Origin: Octopus vulgaris
Taxonomy: Eukaryota
Assembly: GCA_951406725.2 (NCBI GenBank)
Contig: OX597821.1
Coordinates: forward strand, 85,870,001 to 85,934,000
DNA: 64,000 nucleotides
Reading direction: 5' to 3'
This document shows, in pieces, positions 12,525 to 26,797 of the stretch (the stretch's first letter is position 1; the number at the start of each line of letters is the position of its first letter). Below the pieces are notes generated by a model, which did not search any database, was not told the origin of the DNA, and was given only the letters and a program-made list of their open reading frames with translations. The position numbers and the translations under genes were made by a program.

Positions 12525-14598
12525 TTAGCTGCTATTGTCCCTAGGTCTATTCTGACCCGGAGTACTAGCACCTGTCGGGGTCCCAGCTATGAGCTGAGCA
12601 GTATATATGATGCATTTCATCAGGGCGAAGGGATGCAGAAATACGCTTGGATTGTATCAGGGCGCGAAGTAAAAACCACTGGAAGTGTGGGACCCCTATC
12701 TACTGTCGCAGCATCCTTCTAGGAGATGGATGCTCTGATGTAAAACGTGAAGATTCGCGTGATTACTGGGCATTTTTCGTCGGCCTGTTACTTGGTGCTA
12801 ATCACGGAGACTCAGAGCGTAACACTGATTATCACCGTTTATCATTATATTCCAATGATATACAGATGTCTCCTTATGGTGATCTTATTTTTCATCTCAT
12901 TTACTGGAAATTCTATAGCAATAGAAGAGAGTGACATGAGAAAACTTATCCAGTTGGAAGCGCACCTTAAGTTACAACTTTCGACTGTTATCTATGCTTC
13001 AAATAATGCAGATGCGCAACAGGACTGAATAGTCGTCTGCGGAGTCATAGATGGAAAGTCAGAAATGCCAACGAAGGAAGACCAAGAAGATGGCGCAATC
13101 ACCGCTTGTGTATGTATGTATGTATGTATGTATGTATGTATGTATGTATGTATGTATGTATGTATGTATGTATGCATGTATGTATGTACGTATATAGCTT
13201 TATATATGTGTGTGTTTGTGTGCGTGAGTATATTTATAAATACGTATAAATATAAGAGACGGAAGCCGTATTTATTCCCAGTGGTAATCTCTATATCTAA
13301 CTTAATGCGGATGTATTATCAGAACGCAATGTACGGCGGAATATGCTTTGACAGATCCTCTTATAGAGACGTACTGTGCTAAGAGCACAGACAAATGTCA
13401 TTGACTGACGAGTATCATCTGGCATGGAGGCCAAAACTGCCAGCTCACGTGATTTCAGCATGCATGCGCTTCTTCATTGTCAGGCGTCCACTCACCACAT
13501 GTTAGATACCAACTAAACCTCACTGCCAACGATATATAGAATAAGAGTGACTGTTCAGTCATTGATGTCGTAAATAACTAGCAGGCTTTTTAAAAAATAA
13601 ACGTTAGCAATGGAAGTATGTGCTGTTAGCACTGTACATTTACATGAGAAGATCTCTCAAGGTGAATACCGCAGTACACAGCGTTCTAATAATACATCCA
13701 CGTTAAGTAGAATATAAAGATTGTGATTTGATATTATTACTGTTTCCGTTGCTAATATTTGGTTTTTAATAAGCCTCCTAGCTATTCGAAACATCAGTGA
13801 CTGAACAGTCACTGTTATTCTATATATTGTTGACAATGACTGGCATCTGGAGAGTGGTCGCCTGTCACTGAAAAAATTCACGTATACAAAAATTGCGTGA
13901 TCAAGGTAGTTCCGGCGCCCTTGCCAGACGATTCTTTCTGCAAACGATATTTGCGTGTGCTCTTAGCCCTGAACGGCGTTCTAATAATACATGCATATTG
14001 GGTAACTTAATAAAGTGCCGGGCTTAAAAAAGTAAGTACTGGGGTCAATTTGTTTGGCTAAAAATTTTTCAAGGTGGCTCATCACCATGGCTGCAGTCTA
14101 ATGGCTGAAACAAGTCAAAAGGATTAAAATTATACATACACGTATACATGCATGTATATGCTCATACATATACACTACACATGTGCGTGCATACATAGAT
14201 ACAGATTCATATATACGGATGTATGTATGTGTGGATGGATGGATGGATGGATGGAGGGATCAATCGATGCCGTTAATAGACACAGGTATAGCTGTGTGGT
14301 TAAGAAACTCGCTTTGCAACCGCGTGATATCGGGTTCAGCCTCACTGCATGGCACCTTGAGCAAGTCTCTTTTACTATATAGCCCCTAGCCGACTACTGT
14401 CTTTTGAATTGATTTGATAGACGGAAACTGCTTGAAAATCTGTCGCGTGTGTGCCTTTGTGTTTGTCCCCACCACCAAGAAAACCGATGTCAGTTGGCTT
14501 ATGTCCCCGTAACAGCGTTTCAGAAAGAGGGACTGATGGAATAAGTACCAAACGTTGAAAAATAAAATGTGTATTGGAGTCGCTTTGTTCATCTAAAC

Positions 14599-15522
14599 CA
14601 GCGGTTCTCAACCAAATTTTACCTAGGGACTTCTTTGTGGAGGCACATGGCCAAGTGGTTAGAGCAGCGGACTCGCGGTCGAGGGATCGCGGGTTCGAAT
14701 CTCAGACCGGGCGATGTGTGTGTTTATGAGCGAAACACCTAAGCTTCACACGGCTCCGGCAGAAGGTAATGGCGAACTTCTGCTGATTTTTTCGCCACAA
14801 CTTTCTCTCGTTCTTTCCTCCTGCATCTTGCAGCTCACCTATGACGGACCAGCGTTCCGTTCAGGTGGGGAACCTATACGCCAAGGAAACCGGGAAACCG
14901 ACCCTTATGAGCCTGGCGTGGCTCGAGAAGGAACAAACCAGCCAAACCAACCTATGGACTTCTTTGATTCCTTTTTCATTCTATTGAACCCTTAAAGCCA
15001 CTCAATGAATTAAAAAAAACCCTATTATATTTTTGGAATAAAACAGTTTTAGAAATTCCACTTAAAAAATTGTTGAAATACTTTGTGTACTAGCGAGACC
15101 CGTGAATATTTCACGGAATTAATGACAAACCTCTTGGGTTATTTCTGAAAACTTTATCCAAAATGCCTGAAAACGTAGCCTGTGTTGTGTCTGAATGGGA
15201 AGATAATCGCTCATCTGCTATTCATTGAAAAGTGGAAGAAACTGGAATACGATGATTACTTAATACACTTTATGTATACACTTTATATACTTTATGCACA
15301 ATTTTATAGACTTAATAGACAGCACTCTTATTTTTCCATTTTTCCCATAAACAAAAAAAGATATATCCCGTACATATGATATAACCGTTAATTAAATTGC
15401 ATATATCTGCCACGCAAATAACCTTGATGATTTCACGGAATTGCACTCATGCGCATGCGTTAAGTGATAGGTAATATTAAAAAAAACTTGGTTCAATTTC
15501 TAAATAATACACTTTCACTATC

Positions 15523-15558
<36 letters not shown>

Positions 15559-15667
15559 TTTTCTTTATCCTCACCATCAGAACATCACCCTTCTGCTAAG
15601 ATTATATTTTAACGAAATCCTCTATAGACCTCTTAAGGCTAATACAGACCTCGGTTAAGAACCACTG
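14599..15667. mobile_element. hAT-type MITE carrying nested insertions
   Basis: cagcggttctcaacc and ggttaagaaccactg ends; degenerate 8-bp TSD atctaaac/accttaac; it splits a SINE tail. Confidence 0.75.
15090..15480 (-). mobile_element. Helitron-like element (3' end clear, 5' end approximate)
   Basis: Hairpin ccgtgaa tat ttcacgg at 15100-15116, next to CTAG at 15090-15093. Confidence 0.6.
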
Positions 15668-16128
15668 ACCTTAACACTTCAAGGCGGTGCACCTCATGGC
15701 CGCTGTCCAATGACTGAAACAGATAAATCTATGTGTAAGTGTGTGCGTGTGTGTCTGTGTGCAAGCGTATGTGTGAGATTGAGTGAATGTGTGTGTGTAT
15801 CAAAGTATGTAATTATAAAAAACAGTGAAGTAAAATTCCTTCCCGAGTTGTGTGGAATCAAAGGGCCGGGTTTTCCGGTTTACATGATGTATATTTTCCC
15901 CACCCTGACGGTACGCCGGTCCATCGCAGGATTACTCGTGTTTACCAGCTGAATGAATTAAAGCAACGTGAAATGAAGTGTTTTGCTCATGAACACAACG
16001 CGGCGCTCGGTCCAGGAATTGAAACCACAATCTTACGATCACGAGTCCAACACTCTAATCACTAAGCCATGCGCCTCCCTCAACATGTATGTATGTATGT
16101 ATAGATAAATAGATAGATAGACAATTAC

Positions 16129-16196
<68 letters not shown>

Positions 16197-16599
16197 GCAG
16201 ACAGACAGGAGTGGCTGTGTGGTAAGTAGCTTGGTTAGCAACCACAGGGTTCCGGGTTCATTCCCACTGCGTGACACCTTGGGCAAGTGTCTTCTACTAT
16301 AGCCTCGGGCCAACCAAAAGCCTTGTGAGTGGATTTGGTAGACGGAAACTGAAAGAAGCCCGACATATATATGTATATATATATATGTATGTATGTGTAT
16401 ATGTTTGTGTCTGTGTTTGCCCCCCCCCCCCCAACATCGCTTGACAACCGATGCTGGTGTGTTTACGTCCCCGTAACATTAGCGGTTCGGCAAAAGTACT
16501 AAGCTTAAAAAGAATAAGTGCTGGGGTCGATTTCCTCACTAAAGGCGGTGCTCTAGCATGACCGCAGTCAAATGACGGAAACAAGTAAAAGAGCAAAAG

Positions 16600-16670
<71 letters not shown>

Positions 16671-17076
16671 AGTAAACCGCGGGTTAGTGCCTCGTCCTGC
16701 CCGTAGCTTGGTTCAGTGACTGACCCACGCATTATACAGCAGCAAATGGCAATTGTTAATAAGTCCAACCACAGAGAGAGGTGAGGACTATCAAAGATAG
16801 TTTCCTCTGTTTTATGACTGAATTACAGCTGTTTTAATACCGAAGTGAGATCATAAAACCATAAAGTAGCCCTAAAAAGGCCATAATATTTCAGTAATGT
16901 GCGCACGAAGTGTTGTTTAAGAGGGCCACCGCTTCACATCAAATAACATTCGAAACTTAACTGACTTGAAATACTTTTTGTAATTTTTGTTTTCATCTGC
17001 AGGGGTATAGTGTTCTTATTTACTTGTCAACGTCAGGGGCAGTTTACTGTTTTTACTTGATGTTACTGTATATGTA

Positions 17077-17155
<79 letters not shown>

Positions 17156-18236
17156 CACAGATGCACAGATGCATATGTGAATATATATATATATATATAT
17201 ATATGCATATATATGTATATATACACGTGTATGCATATATATATATATATATGTACACATGCACACATGCACACACGTAGACACACACGCACGCACGCAC
17301 ACACTCACACACACGCAAGCACATTCATATATTCCATTACTGTTGCTATACACTGGTCATATTTTAAGTTCAAACTTTTGGCTGTCATCGCACAGTGTGT
17401 GTCTGTATGTCTGAGAGGGGAGGAGAGAATGGAAAAAAATTCGGGAACAATAATGTCATATTTCAAATAATGCGTATGTCTGAGAGAGAGAGAGAGAGAC
17501 AGAGAGAGAGGGGAGGAGGAGGAGAGGGGGAGGGAGAGAACCGAAAGAACGATAAAGAAGGAGAGAGTGAAACAGAGAGGAGAACAAGAAAAGAGAGAAC
17601 ATCAATAACAAAGATGTAGAACATAGCAACAAGATAAAGGGACTCCGCCGCCTGAAGTAAAAGTTTAAGGAAGTATAAAGTCATTTTTGCTGCTTGTAAC
17701 TCACCTCTCCCTCGTGAAGAGTATAGGGTTTAATGGCCGCTAAAACCTTTAGTACTCAAATGTGGAACGGTGGTCGTTAAGCCAACACCACCACTATTAC
17801 CTCTGTCATTTCTTTCCACCCACCTTCTCTCTCTGTCTTCTATTGTTTTCCTTTTTATTTCCCCGTATTGTTTTAATTTTCTTGTTTTCTTATGTACTTT
17901 TTCTTATTCTGTTTTTCTTGCTTTCTCCCAACAAATTTTGTAAATTGAAAAAAAAAAAAAAATTTATGAATATTTCGAAGATGTACTTGCATAGCAAGTG
18001 ACCTGATCTGAGATCGTGTGCTGGAACGAAAACAATTGCAGCGTGGAAGGTGTTTATAAGCCATTTAAGAAACACAAAAACCGTTAGATTCACTTCCACA
18101 TTTAAATTTAATTTGCCAAAATATTTTTTTAAGAATATATATTTAATATATATATATATATATATAATTTACAAAATAATTTTGTAAATTATTTATAAAT
18201 TTAACCTTTAAAGGTATTTTTTGATAAGCTGGCCAT

Positions 18237-18328
18237 TGAAGAAGAAGAAGAAGAAGAAGAAGAAGAAGAAGAAGAAGAAGAAGAAGAAGAAGAAGAAGAA
18301 GAAGAAGAAGAAGAAGAAGAAGAAGAAG
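18237..18328. repeat. (GAA)n microsatellite, representative of dozens of TA, CA, TACA, GATA and ATT tracts
   Basis: About 30 pure GAA units. Confidence 0.97.
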
Positions 18329-19462
18329 GCAACAGCAATAGCAGCAGCAACGAAGCTAAACGTTATTTAAATTGTATTTCACATTCTCAAAGGAAGAGAA
18401 AACACAGGTAATGTTATCCTTGAGACACTATTTGAATAAAAGATGGGATGGTCACGACTGTAACGCCTTTGATCATAGAACAAAGGTGTTCCAATTCCGT
18501 CGGGTCTCACCTGCTGCAAAACAACGATGTTGACGGAGACGTCTACAACAACAACAATAACAGTAGCAACAACAGAATAACAACAACAGCGGCAACAAGT
18601 TGAAATCCGGATTAAAATCAATGGATTGAGAAAAAAAAATCGGATAAAAGCGGCTTAAATAAAAAGAAACACACGAGAAAGAGTGAGAATGAAAGAGAGG
18701 GAGGGAGATTGAGGGGGAGAGAGGGTAGGGAGAATAAGAGAAAGATTAGGAAAGAGAGTGATAATGAGAGAAAAATGCGAGTGAAAGAGAAGAGGAGCGG
18801 GGAGAGAAATGGTAAGTTTGATGAGAAGGTTGTAAAACTGTCACCAAAACATTGACTTTTTGGATAAGTCAAATAGTTTCGTCTTGTAGTCAAGATAAAC
18901 ATAGGTCTTCTAGAAATACGGCTGGTTTAATTTCATTTATTATATTATATTTATTTATTATAACTTATTTATTATAACGTATTTTATTTATTATGTTATC
19001 ATATTTATTTATTATAACGTATACTCTCTTTACTCTTTTACTTGTTTCAGTCATTTGACTGCGGCCATGCTGGAGCACCGCCTTTAGTCGAGTAAATCGA
19101 CCCCAGGACTTATTCTTTGTAAGCATAGTACTTATTCGATCGGTCTGTTTGGTCGAACCGCTACGTTACGGGGACGTAAACATACCACCATCGGTTGTCA
19201 AGCGATGTTGGGAGGACAAAGACAGACACACAAAGATATAAACACACATACATGTATATATATATATATATATAATCAAAATAAGCAACAAGTTTATCCA
19301 AGGTAGTGTAGTACAATTGTTTCATACTACTTCATTTTATTAAACACTGTAAGTATTACATCAGTTTTAAAATATCGAGCAATCTTCAGCCACTTATAGA
19401 ATTTTCCAATCAAACGGACAAAGCACATTCTTATCCCTATTTCATTTGCCAACATCTGTTTT

Positions 19463-19541
<79 letters not shown>

Positions 19542-19546
19542 GTCTG

Positions 19547-19579
<33 letters not shown>

Positions 19580-19615
19580 ATATCTATCTTTCTATCTATC
19601 TATCTATCTATCTTT

Positions 19616-19649
<34 letters not shown>

Positions 19650-19700
19650 GTGAGGGAAGAAATGGAGCTGAACGAAGATTTTACAAAATTCCTTTTTATT

Positions 19701-19786
19701 ATTTTCTACATATGTTTCAAAGGCTGCAAATTCCCTAATTCGGATTGAATAAGGAGACCATTTTGCAGCTTTCTCTTCAGGAAAAT
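19701..19786 (-). ncRNA. Type I minimal hammerhead ribozyme with intact core
   Basis: ATTTTC-CTGAAGA-[gaaagctgcaaa...tttgcagccttt]-GAA-ACATATGT-A-GAAAAT: 6-bp stem I, 11 of 12 bp stem II, palindromic stem III, GUA cleavage triplet. Confidence 0.8.
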
Positions 19787-19861
19787 CCAGGAACTTAAAT
19801 CTCCAAACAAATGCGCAGCAAGCTTTTCGACAAACGCTCTCTAGGAGCCCATGGTATGAAT

Positions 19862-19916
<55 letters not shown>

Positions 19917-20046
19917 ATGCAAAAGTTATATATATATATATATATATATATATAGCGGGGGAACATTCACAAAAAAAGCAAAAGACGAAAACAGATGGTG
20001 TAGACAACAAACAGATGTTAGTTTAATGCTCGGGAAGTGAAAAAGT

Positions 20047-20082
20047 CTTTAACATTTCGAGCCTTCGCTCTTCTACAGAAAG
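20047..20082 (-). ncRNA. Variant minimal hammerhead (core CUGUAGA)
   Basis: CTTT-CTGTAGA-A-GAGC gaag GCTC-GAAA-TG-TT-AAAG. Confidence 0.5.
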
Positions 20083-20159
20083 GAACACAGAAAGAAAGGA
20101 GAGAAAAAAAAAGAATGTGTAGTGGCTAGCGATCCAATATTTTTTTTTCTTTTTTTTTA

Positions 20160-21975
20160 TCATTATTTAGTTTCAGCTCACAAGCTGTGGCCATGCTGGG
20201 GCACCGCCATTTGGTGTTGCTACATGATTTTACTTCACGAATGCTTTTTAGCAATTGCCATCTGGTGCATGAGAGAGTTCGATGCAGCTGCCCTCATCTG
20301 CACCTCCTGCCGTGAAGTTGGTTCATCTGGGACACCTGACAAGAAGAGATCCAGTTTCATTTTAAAGACATCTGCATCCACCCCATGCAGGTCTCTTAGG
20401 TTCTTAAGGAGGGTATTGAAGAGCTATGGGCCTCGGAAGCCCAGGCTATCACAGTATCTTGTCCTACATCTTGATGGCAAATTTGGAGTCCTTGGCACTA
20501 TGCAGTGGCGCCCAGTTCTGGCATTTGTGTAACTCTCGATGCCAAAGTTTGGGACAAGTCCTTCTAGGATCTTCCAGATGTATATTATGGCATATCTTTC
20601 TCGCCTGCGCTCTAAGGAATAGAGTCTCAATCTCTTGAGTCTTTCCCAATAGCTTATATGCTGCACAGAGGCTATCTTCTTTGTGTAGCTTCGTTTGATC
20701 GCCTCAAGTTCTGTGATTAACTTGACACTGGATGGTGACCATAGCTGAGAGCAATAGTCAAAGTGGCTTAGGACAAGTGTCCTCCAGAGAACCATCATGG
20801 TTTCCTGGTCTCTTGTTCTAAAGGTTCTAAGAATCCATCCGGTCAGCCGCCTACATTTCATTGCCAATTTAGCAACATGCACATGAAAGGTTGCATCATC
20901 ACTCATGTAAATACCCAGGTCTCGCACTGATTGTGCCTCTGGGATTGCAATCCCTCCAGGTCCAGTGTATTTATTGGGTATTGCATTTAGTTTTGCATGC
21001 TGATAGTATAAAGCTTGAAACTTTTCAGCATTGAACTGCATGCTATTCTTTTCAGCCCACTTGTATATTTTGTCCAGCTCACATTGCAGGTGCTTAGTGT
21101 CTTCAGGGTGCTGTATTGCCTGTGAAACTTTTGTATGATCTGCATAACTTGTGATCGTGGCTCTCTACGTGGCTGAGGGCATGTCTGAGAGGGCCATTAT
21201 GAACAGTAGTGGTCCCAGAACAGTGCCTTGCGGAACACCGCTCACTATTTGCGTGTTAATGGAAGTGGCCCCATTGGCTACTACCACCTGACTTCTATCC
21301 TTCAGAAAGTCATGAAGCCATTCTCCCAATTTTCCAACTATGCTAAGATCACGCAGTTTGTGACATATCATTGCATGATCGACTTTATCAAATGCCTTTG
21401 CAAAGTCGAGATATATGACTTCCACATTTGAGTGGTTGAGCAGTCGTTTCAGCACCCAGTCATAGTGTTGTAGGAGCTGAGTTAAGCAGCTTCTTCCTGG
21501 TCGGAAACCATGTTGGGTGTCAGGCAGCAAGTCATTTTCTTCAAGGAAGGTGATTAGTTTCCTTCTGACTATTCGTTCCATGACCTTGCTGATGTGTGAG
21601 GTCAGAGAGATAGGTCTGTAGTTCTTGGCCTCCGCTCTGCTACCTCCTTTATGAATAGGGCATATTTTACCTTCCTTCAGTTTTCTTGGAAGTTTGCCAG
21701 TTGCAAGGAAGCTCTGAAAGAGGAACTGCAGTGGTCTTGCTAGGACTCTCTTACATACTTTTAGAAGGATTGCTGAGAATCCATCGGGGCCAGTAGCTGA
21801 GTTTGTTTTCATTTCATCAATAGCCTTTATTACATCGTCTTCCTTTATATTGATGTAATCAATCATCGCTGCCTCTGATTTTATATCTGCAGTGGTAAAG
21901 AAGTCAGTTGGATTGGTGACTTAAAAATGTCCTAGGGGTGGAGTGAAAATACTCTTGAATTGCTCATTTAGTATT
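20160..21975 (-). mobile_element. 5'-truncated, inactivated CR1/L2-group LINE with reverse transcriptase
   Basis: RT motifs GPDG, NYRPISLTS, QHGFRPGRSC, YLDFAKAFDKV, GVPQGTVLGP; stop at 21165; YADD mutated to YADH; C-terminal RLRLYSLERRRERY. Confidence 0.95.
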
Positions 21976-23505
21976 ATACATATATTAGCGTAGATATATA
22001 TGCATACGCCCGTGCACACATACACAGACGCACATTACATACATATATAAGTGCATATATTCGCACACACACACTCACACACACATATGATGTACAAACG
22101 TATTTTTATACATGTATGCATGTATGTACGCATGTTTGTCCCCACTACTGCTTGACAACCGGTGTTGCTGTGTTTACATCCCCCTAACTTCGCCGTTTGG
22201 TGAAAGTGGCCAACAGATTAGATACCAGGCTTTGAGAAAATTGTACTGGTTTTGATTCGTTTGTCTCAAATTCTTCAAGTCGATGCCCCAGCATGGCCGT
22301 AGTCTAATGGTTGAAACAAGTAAAAGATAAAGATATATATGTGTGTATGTGTTTGTGTATGCACACACACACACTAACACATACATACATACATACATAC
22401 ATACATACATACATACATACATACATACATACATACATACATACATACATACGAACTTACAGCTCTCGTACTCTGGCTATGAATTTTCGCTTGTATCTAT
22501 CATCATGGATGCATTAGACTATGTGCAAATTTGCACAAAATTCTTGAAATATTCGGTTTCACGGAAAAAGAACAAAAGAAACTGAAGCGGATTCTCCAAA
22601 TCCAATCTGTCTGTGGCACAGTGAAGATTTGTAAGACATAACAAAATTTCTCCAAGTGAGATTCTTATGTGAATAGATGCACATACTTGAGTGTGCGTAT
22701 CTATTCAGTTCAATGAACACATCAAATCCATTACAAAAGTCAGGTTGCTTTGTCAGCAACCGGCTTGGACTCTCTCAAGAAGTTGAATTAAAGTCAAAGA
22801 AACTTCGAATTACTGTCACCACTCTTCTTGCAAATAGTATAATTATGTATTCTACAGAAAGCATTCAATAATTCTTTAGTTTACTGTAAAACTAGTTTTA
22901 TGGTAGGTTAACATAAAAGCAGCGAATTGATAGAATCACGCCGGGTGAAATGCTTCACGGTATTTCGTCTGTCGTTACGTTCTGAGTTCAGATTCCGCCG
23001 AGGTCGACTTTGCCTTTCATCCTCTCGGGGTCGATTAAATAAGTACCAGTTACGCACTGGGTCGATGTAATCGACGTTTGTCTATCTTTGCTTGTCCCCT
23101 CTATGTATAGCCCCTTGTGGGCAATAAAGAAATAGGTATTTCGTCTGCCGTTACGTTCTGAGTTCAAATTCCACCGAGGTCGACTTTGCCTTTCATCCTT
23201 TCGGGGTCGATAAATTAAGTACCAGTTGTGTAATGGGGTCGATATAATCGACTTAATCCTTTTGCCCGTCCTTGTTTGTCCCCTCTATGTTTAACCCCTT
23301 GTGGGTAATAAAGAAAAAAGAATCGTTATCACGCCGGAAAAAAAATGTTTGATGGCATTTCTCTCTACTTTACGTTTTGAGTTCAAATTCTACTGACTTT
23401 GCCTTTCGTCCTTTCGGGGTCGATAAAATAAGTACCAGTCAAGCACATGAGTCGATGTAGTTTACTAGCCCCATCCCTATAATTTCTTGCCTTGTGCCTA
23501 TTGTA

Positions 23506-24070
23506 TTGGTTTGTCCGGAAAGTTTGTGCCGATTTTTAAAGGAAAGAAAAAGGTCAATAAATAATTGCCATTACATTTTTAACCAACCTAATATGAACCA
23601 TTTTGTTACACAATACGTCTCCATCTTTCCTTTAATTTGAAAATACCCTCTTCCCAGAATTGAGTAGGTTTCATGGCAAAGTATTCATCAAGGTATCTTT
23701 TTACGTTATCCAAGGAATTGAAATTTTTACCATTAAGACTATTCTGCAGAGATCTGAATAAGTGGAAATCCGAAGGAGCAATATCTGGTGAATATGGAGG
23801 ATGGGGTAACACATCCCAGCCGAGCTGCAGCAATTTTTGTCTGGTTCCCAAAGCATAAGTGCCGAAAATGAACTTTCTTATCTTCCATTTCAAAAGGTTA
23901 CAGAATTAACACAGGTTATAGGAACATAAACCTTCTTCCACGAAAAGATAGCTTAAACTGCGTTCTAAATGGAGGTGTAGTAAAATCCTATTTTATGGAT
24001 TCAACCATATTCTAAAATAAGTCGAAATGTAAGCTACTATAAATCTGCACGAACTTTCCGGACAGCCCAA
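23506..24070 (-). mobile_element. Internally deleted mariner element
   Basis: TIRs ttggtttgtccggaaagtt and aactttccggacagcccaa with TA on both sides; HPPYSPDIAPSDFHLF motif. Confidence 0.92.
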
Positions 24071-24434
24071 TAGAAAGCAACACACACTCATATATATGGT
24101 GAACTCTCCTGTCGAAGACAATGACGAGGGGTCTTCAATTTTTTGCTGTGCAATCTATATAGATGATTTGTTTTATAGTGATGAAATGTTTGAGGAGTAC
24201 ATTAGCTTGCTTCTTCCATCAAATCGATGTTACTTGAACAAGTGCACATTGTGCCACACGTCAGATCTCGAAGCGATCGAAGGGCAACGTGAAATGAAAG
24301 TGCTTTAACCAAGGTTTCGGGAATCGAAACCACGATCTCGAGATCGTGCAGCACCCTACGTACTGGACCCACGTGCCCTCACTTACACACACACACACAA
24401 ATGTATGTGTGCTTGTGTGTGTGTACGTATTATG

Positions 24435-24510
<76 letters not shown>

Positions 24511-24521
24511 CATATATATAC

Positions 24522-24553
<32 letters not shown>

Positions 24554-24568
24554 GTATATATATGTATA

Positions 24569-24619
<51 letters not shown>

Positions 24620-25004
24620 TGTCGACATCACCACCACCACCACCACCACCACCACATGAGTAGCTCCACTAAATTGCTATACCTGTCGCCAGGTGTTGAA
24701 AACTGATTCTAAACTATTACTACCATAGATCCAACGAACCTTGATGGTCCCGACTATTGATTGTCAGGGGTTTATGAGTTCAGTCCCTCGCCGAAGATCA
24801 CCACCTTATAAATTACAACCTTGTGTGTTAAGTGTATGTGTGAGTGTGCGTGATGAGTGGGGGGGGGAGCCTAGCCTTTTGTTGTTGATGTTGCTTTATT
24901 AAGTGAAGGTTACCTGATGTCTTAATTGCTCTGTCAACTACCTCTTTTTCTCTTCTTTCCCCTCTTCCTTCCCATGCATTTTCCTTTCTTCTCTAACGTC
25001 ATCT

Positions 25005-25306
25005 ATTCTTTCTTTCTTTCTTTCTTTCTTTCTTTCCTTCTTTCCTTCTTTCTTTCCTTCTTTCTTTCTTTCCTTCTTTCTTTCTTTCTTTCTTTCCTTC
25101 TTTCTTTCCTTCTTTCTTTCTTTCCTTCTTTCTGTCTTTCTTTCTTTCCTTCTTTCTTTCTTTCTTTCTTTCTTTCCTTCTTTCCTTCCTTCTTTCCTTC
25201 TTTCTTTCTTTCCTTCTTTCTTTCTTTCCTTCTTTCTTTCCTTCTTTCCTTCCTTCTTTCTTCCTTCCTTTCTTCCTTCTTTCTTTCCTTCCTTTCTTTC
25301 TTTCCT

Positions 25307-25354
<48 letters not shown>

Positions 25355-25835
25355 TCCTTCTTTCCTTCCTTCTTTCCTTTCTTTCTTTCTTTCTTTCTTT
25401 CTTTCCTTCTTTCCTTCTTTCTTTCTTTCTTTCTTCTTTCTTTCTTTCCTTCTTTCTTTCCTTCTTTCCTTCCTTCTTTCTTCCTTTCTTTCCTTCTTTC
25501 TTTCTTTCCTTCTTTCTTTCCTTCTTTCCTTTTCTTTCTTCCTTCCTTCCTTCTTTCCTTTCTTTCTTTCTTTCCTTCTTTCTTTCCTTCTTTCTTTCCT
25601 TCTTTCCTTCCTTCTTTCCTTCTTTCTTTCTTTCTTTCTTTCCTTCTTTCTTTCCTTCTTTCCTTCCTTCTTTCTTTCTTTCTTTCCTTCTTTCTCTCTT
25701 TCCTTCTTTCTTTCTTTCCTTCTTTCTTTCTTTCCTTCTTTCCTTCTTTCCTTCCTTCTTTCTTTCTTTCCTTCCTTCTTTCTTTCTTTCCTTCTTTCTT
25801 TCTTTCTTTCCTTCTTTCTTTCTTTCTTTCTTTCT
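25005..25835. repeat. Compound (CTTT/CCTT/CTT)n polypyrimidine tract of about 830 bp
   Basis: Almost only C and T on the plus strand. Confidence 0.97.
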
Positions 25836-26449
25836 TGATTACTGTTATTTTCTGAGTTCAAATCTACCAACTTCGAAAGATGGCTTTGGTTCAAGGATAG
25901 AACGCCAGTCATGTTTTATAGGTGACTCCCATGAGCAGCCTTCAACTTCCTCTATCCAATATTTATCCGCTATTATATATAGTTTTTACTTTTGTCTGTC
26001 TCCACGTTTTGAGTTCAAATTCCACCGAAGTTGACTTTGCCTTTCATCCTTTCGGGGTCGATAAAATAAGTTTCCTTTGAGGTATCTTTTCTGTTTTGTT
26101 TCCCTTTTTCAATTTCTTCTATTTCTGTTCTAATTGATTTCATATTCAGTGTAATGGTGTAATGTATTTATGCTAAACATTGCCATGTACCAATATATAA
26201 AGCGTTATTAGCTTTTAAAGTTTGTGAATTTTGGGTAATTTCAGCCAATCGTAAGTCACAGACATACTCACACGCAACAAGTGGAGTGTACATGGCCTCT
26301 GTAAAGCGAGGTAATAAACGATACTGTGACATTCACTGCTACATGGTTGACTCATATCTCTGTGAGTTGGTGTGGCGCAAGAGATATGAAAATTGTAATT
26401 TGTTCTAGAAATAACTCGAATACGTTTCAAACTTCATCTAACCCTCCTC

Positions 26450-26797
26450 CGTGGAGGCGCAATGGCCCAGTGGTTAGGGCAGCGGACTCGCGGTCATAGG
26501 ATCGCGGTTTCGATTCCCAGACCGGGCATCGTGAGTGTTTATTGAGCGAAAAACACCTAAAGCTCCACGAGGCTCCGGCAGGGGATGGTTGTGATCCCTG
26601 CTGTACTCTTTCACCACAACTTTCTCTCACTCTTACTTCCTGTTTCTGTGTCACGCTGAATATCTCCGAGAACTACGTTAAGGGTACACGTGTCTGTGGA
26701 GTGCTCAGCCACTTACAAGTTAATTTCACGAGCAGGCTGTTCCATTGATTCGGACCAACCGGAACCCTCGTCGTCGTAACCGACGGAGTGCTTCCAT
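26450..26797 (+). mobile_element. SINE family C (tRNA-derived head), near full length
   Basis: gtggaggcgcaatggcccagtggttagggcagcggactcgcgg..ggtttcgattccc. Other copies at 6352-6512, 7270-7552(-), 14637-14949 (16-bp TSD) and 51078-51450(-). Confidence 0.88.

Noticed and set aside
12750-13100. Host coding exon
   Set aside because: Stops and frameshifts; the GVIDGK and GRPRRW remnants suggest a decayed RTE LINE end.
24926-25912. 309-aa and 324-aa ORFs (SFFL-rich and KERK-rich)
   Set aside because: They are translations of the CTTT microsatellite, open only because the tract lacks stop codons.
26450-26530. tRNA gene
   Set aside because: tRNA-like A and B boxes continue into a SINE body present in many diverged copies; no clean cloverleaf or terminator.
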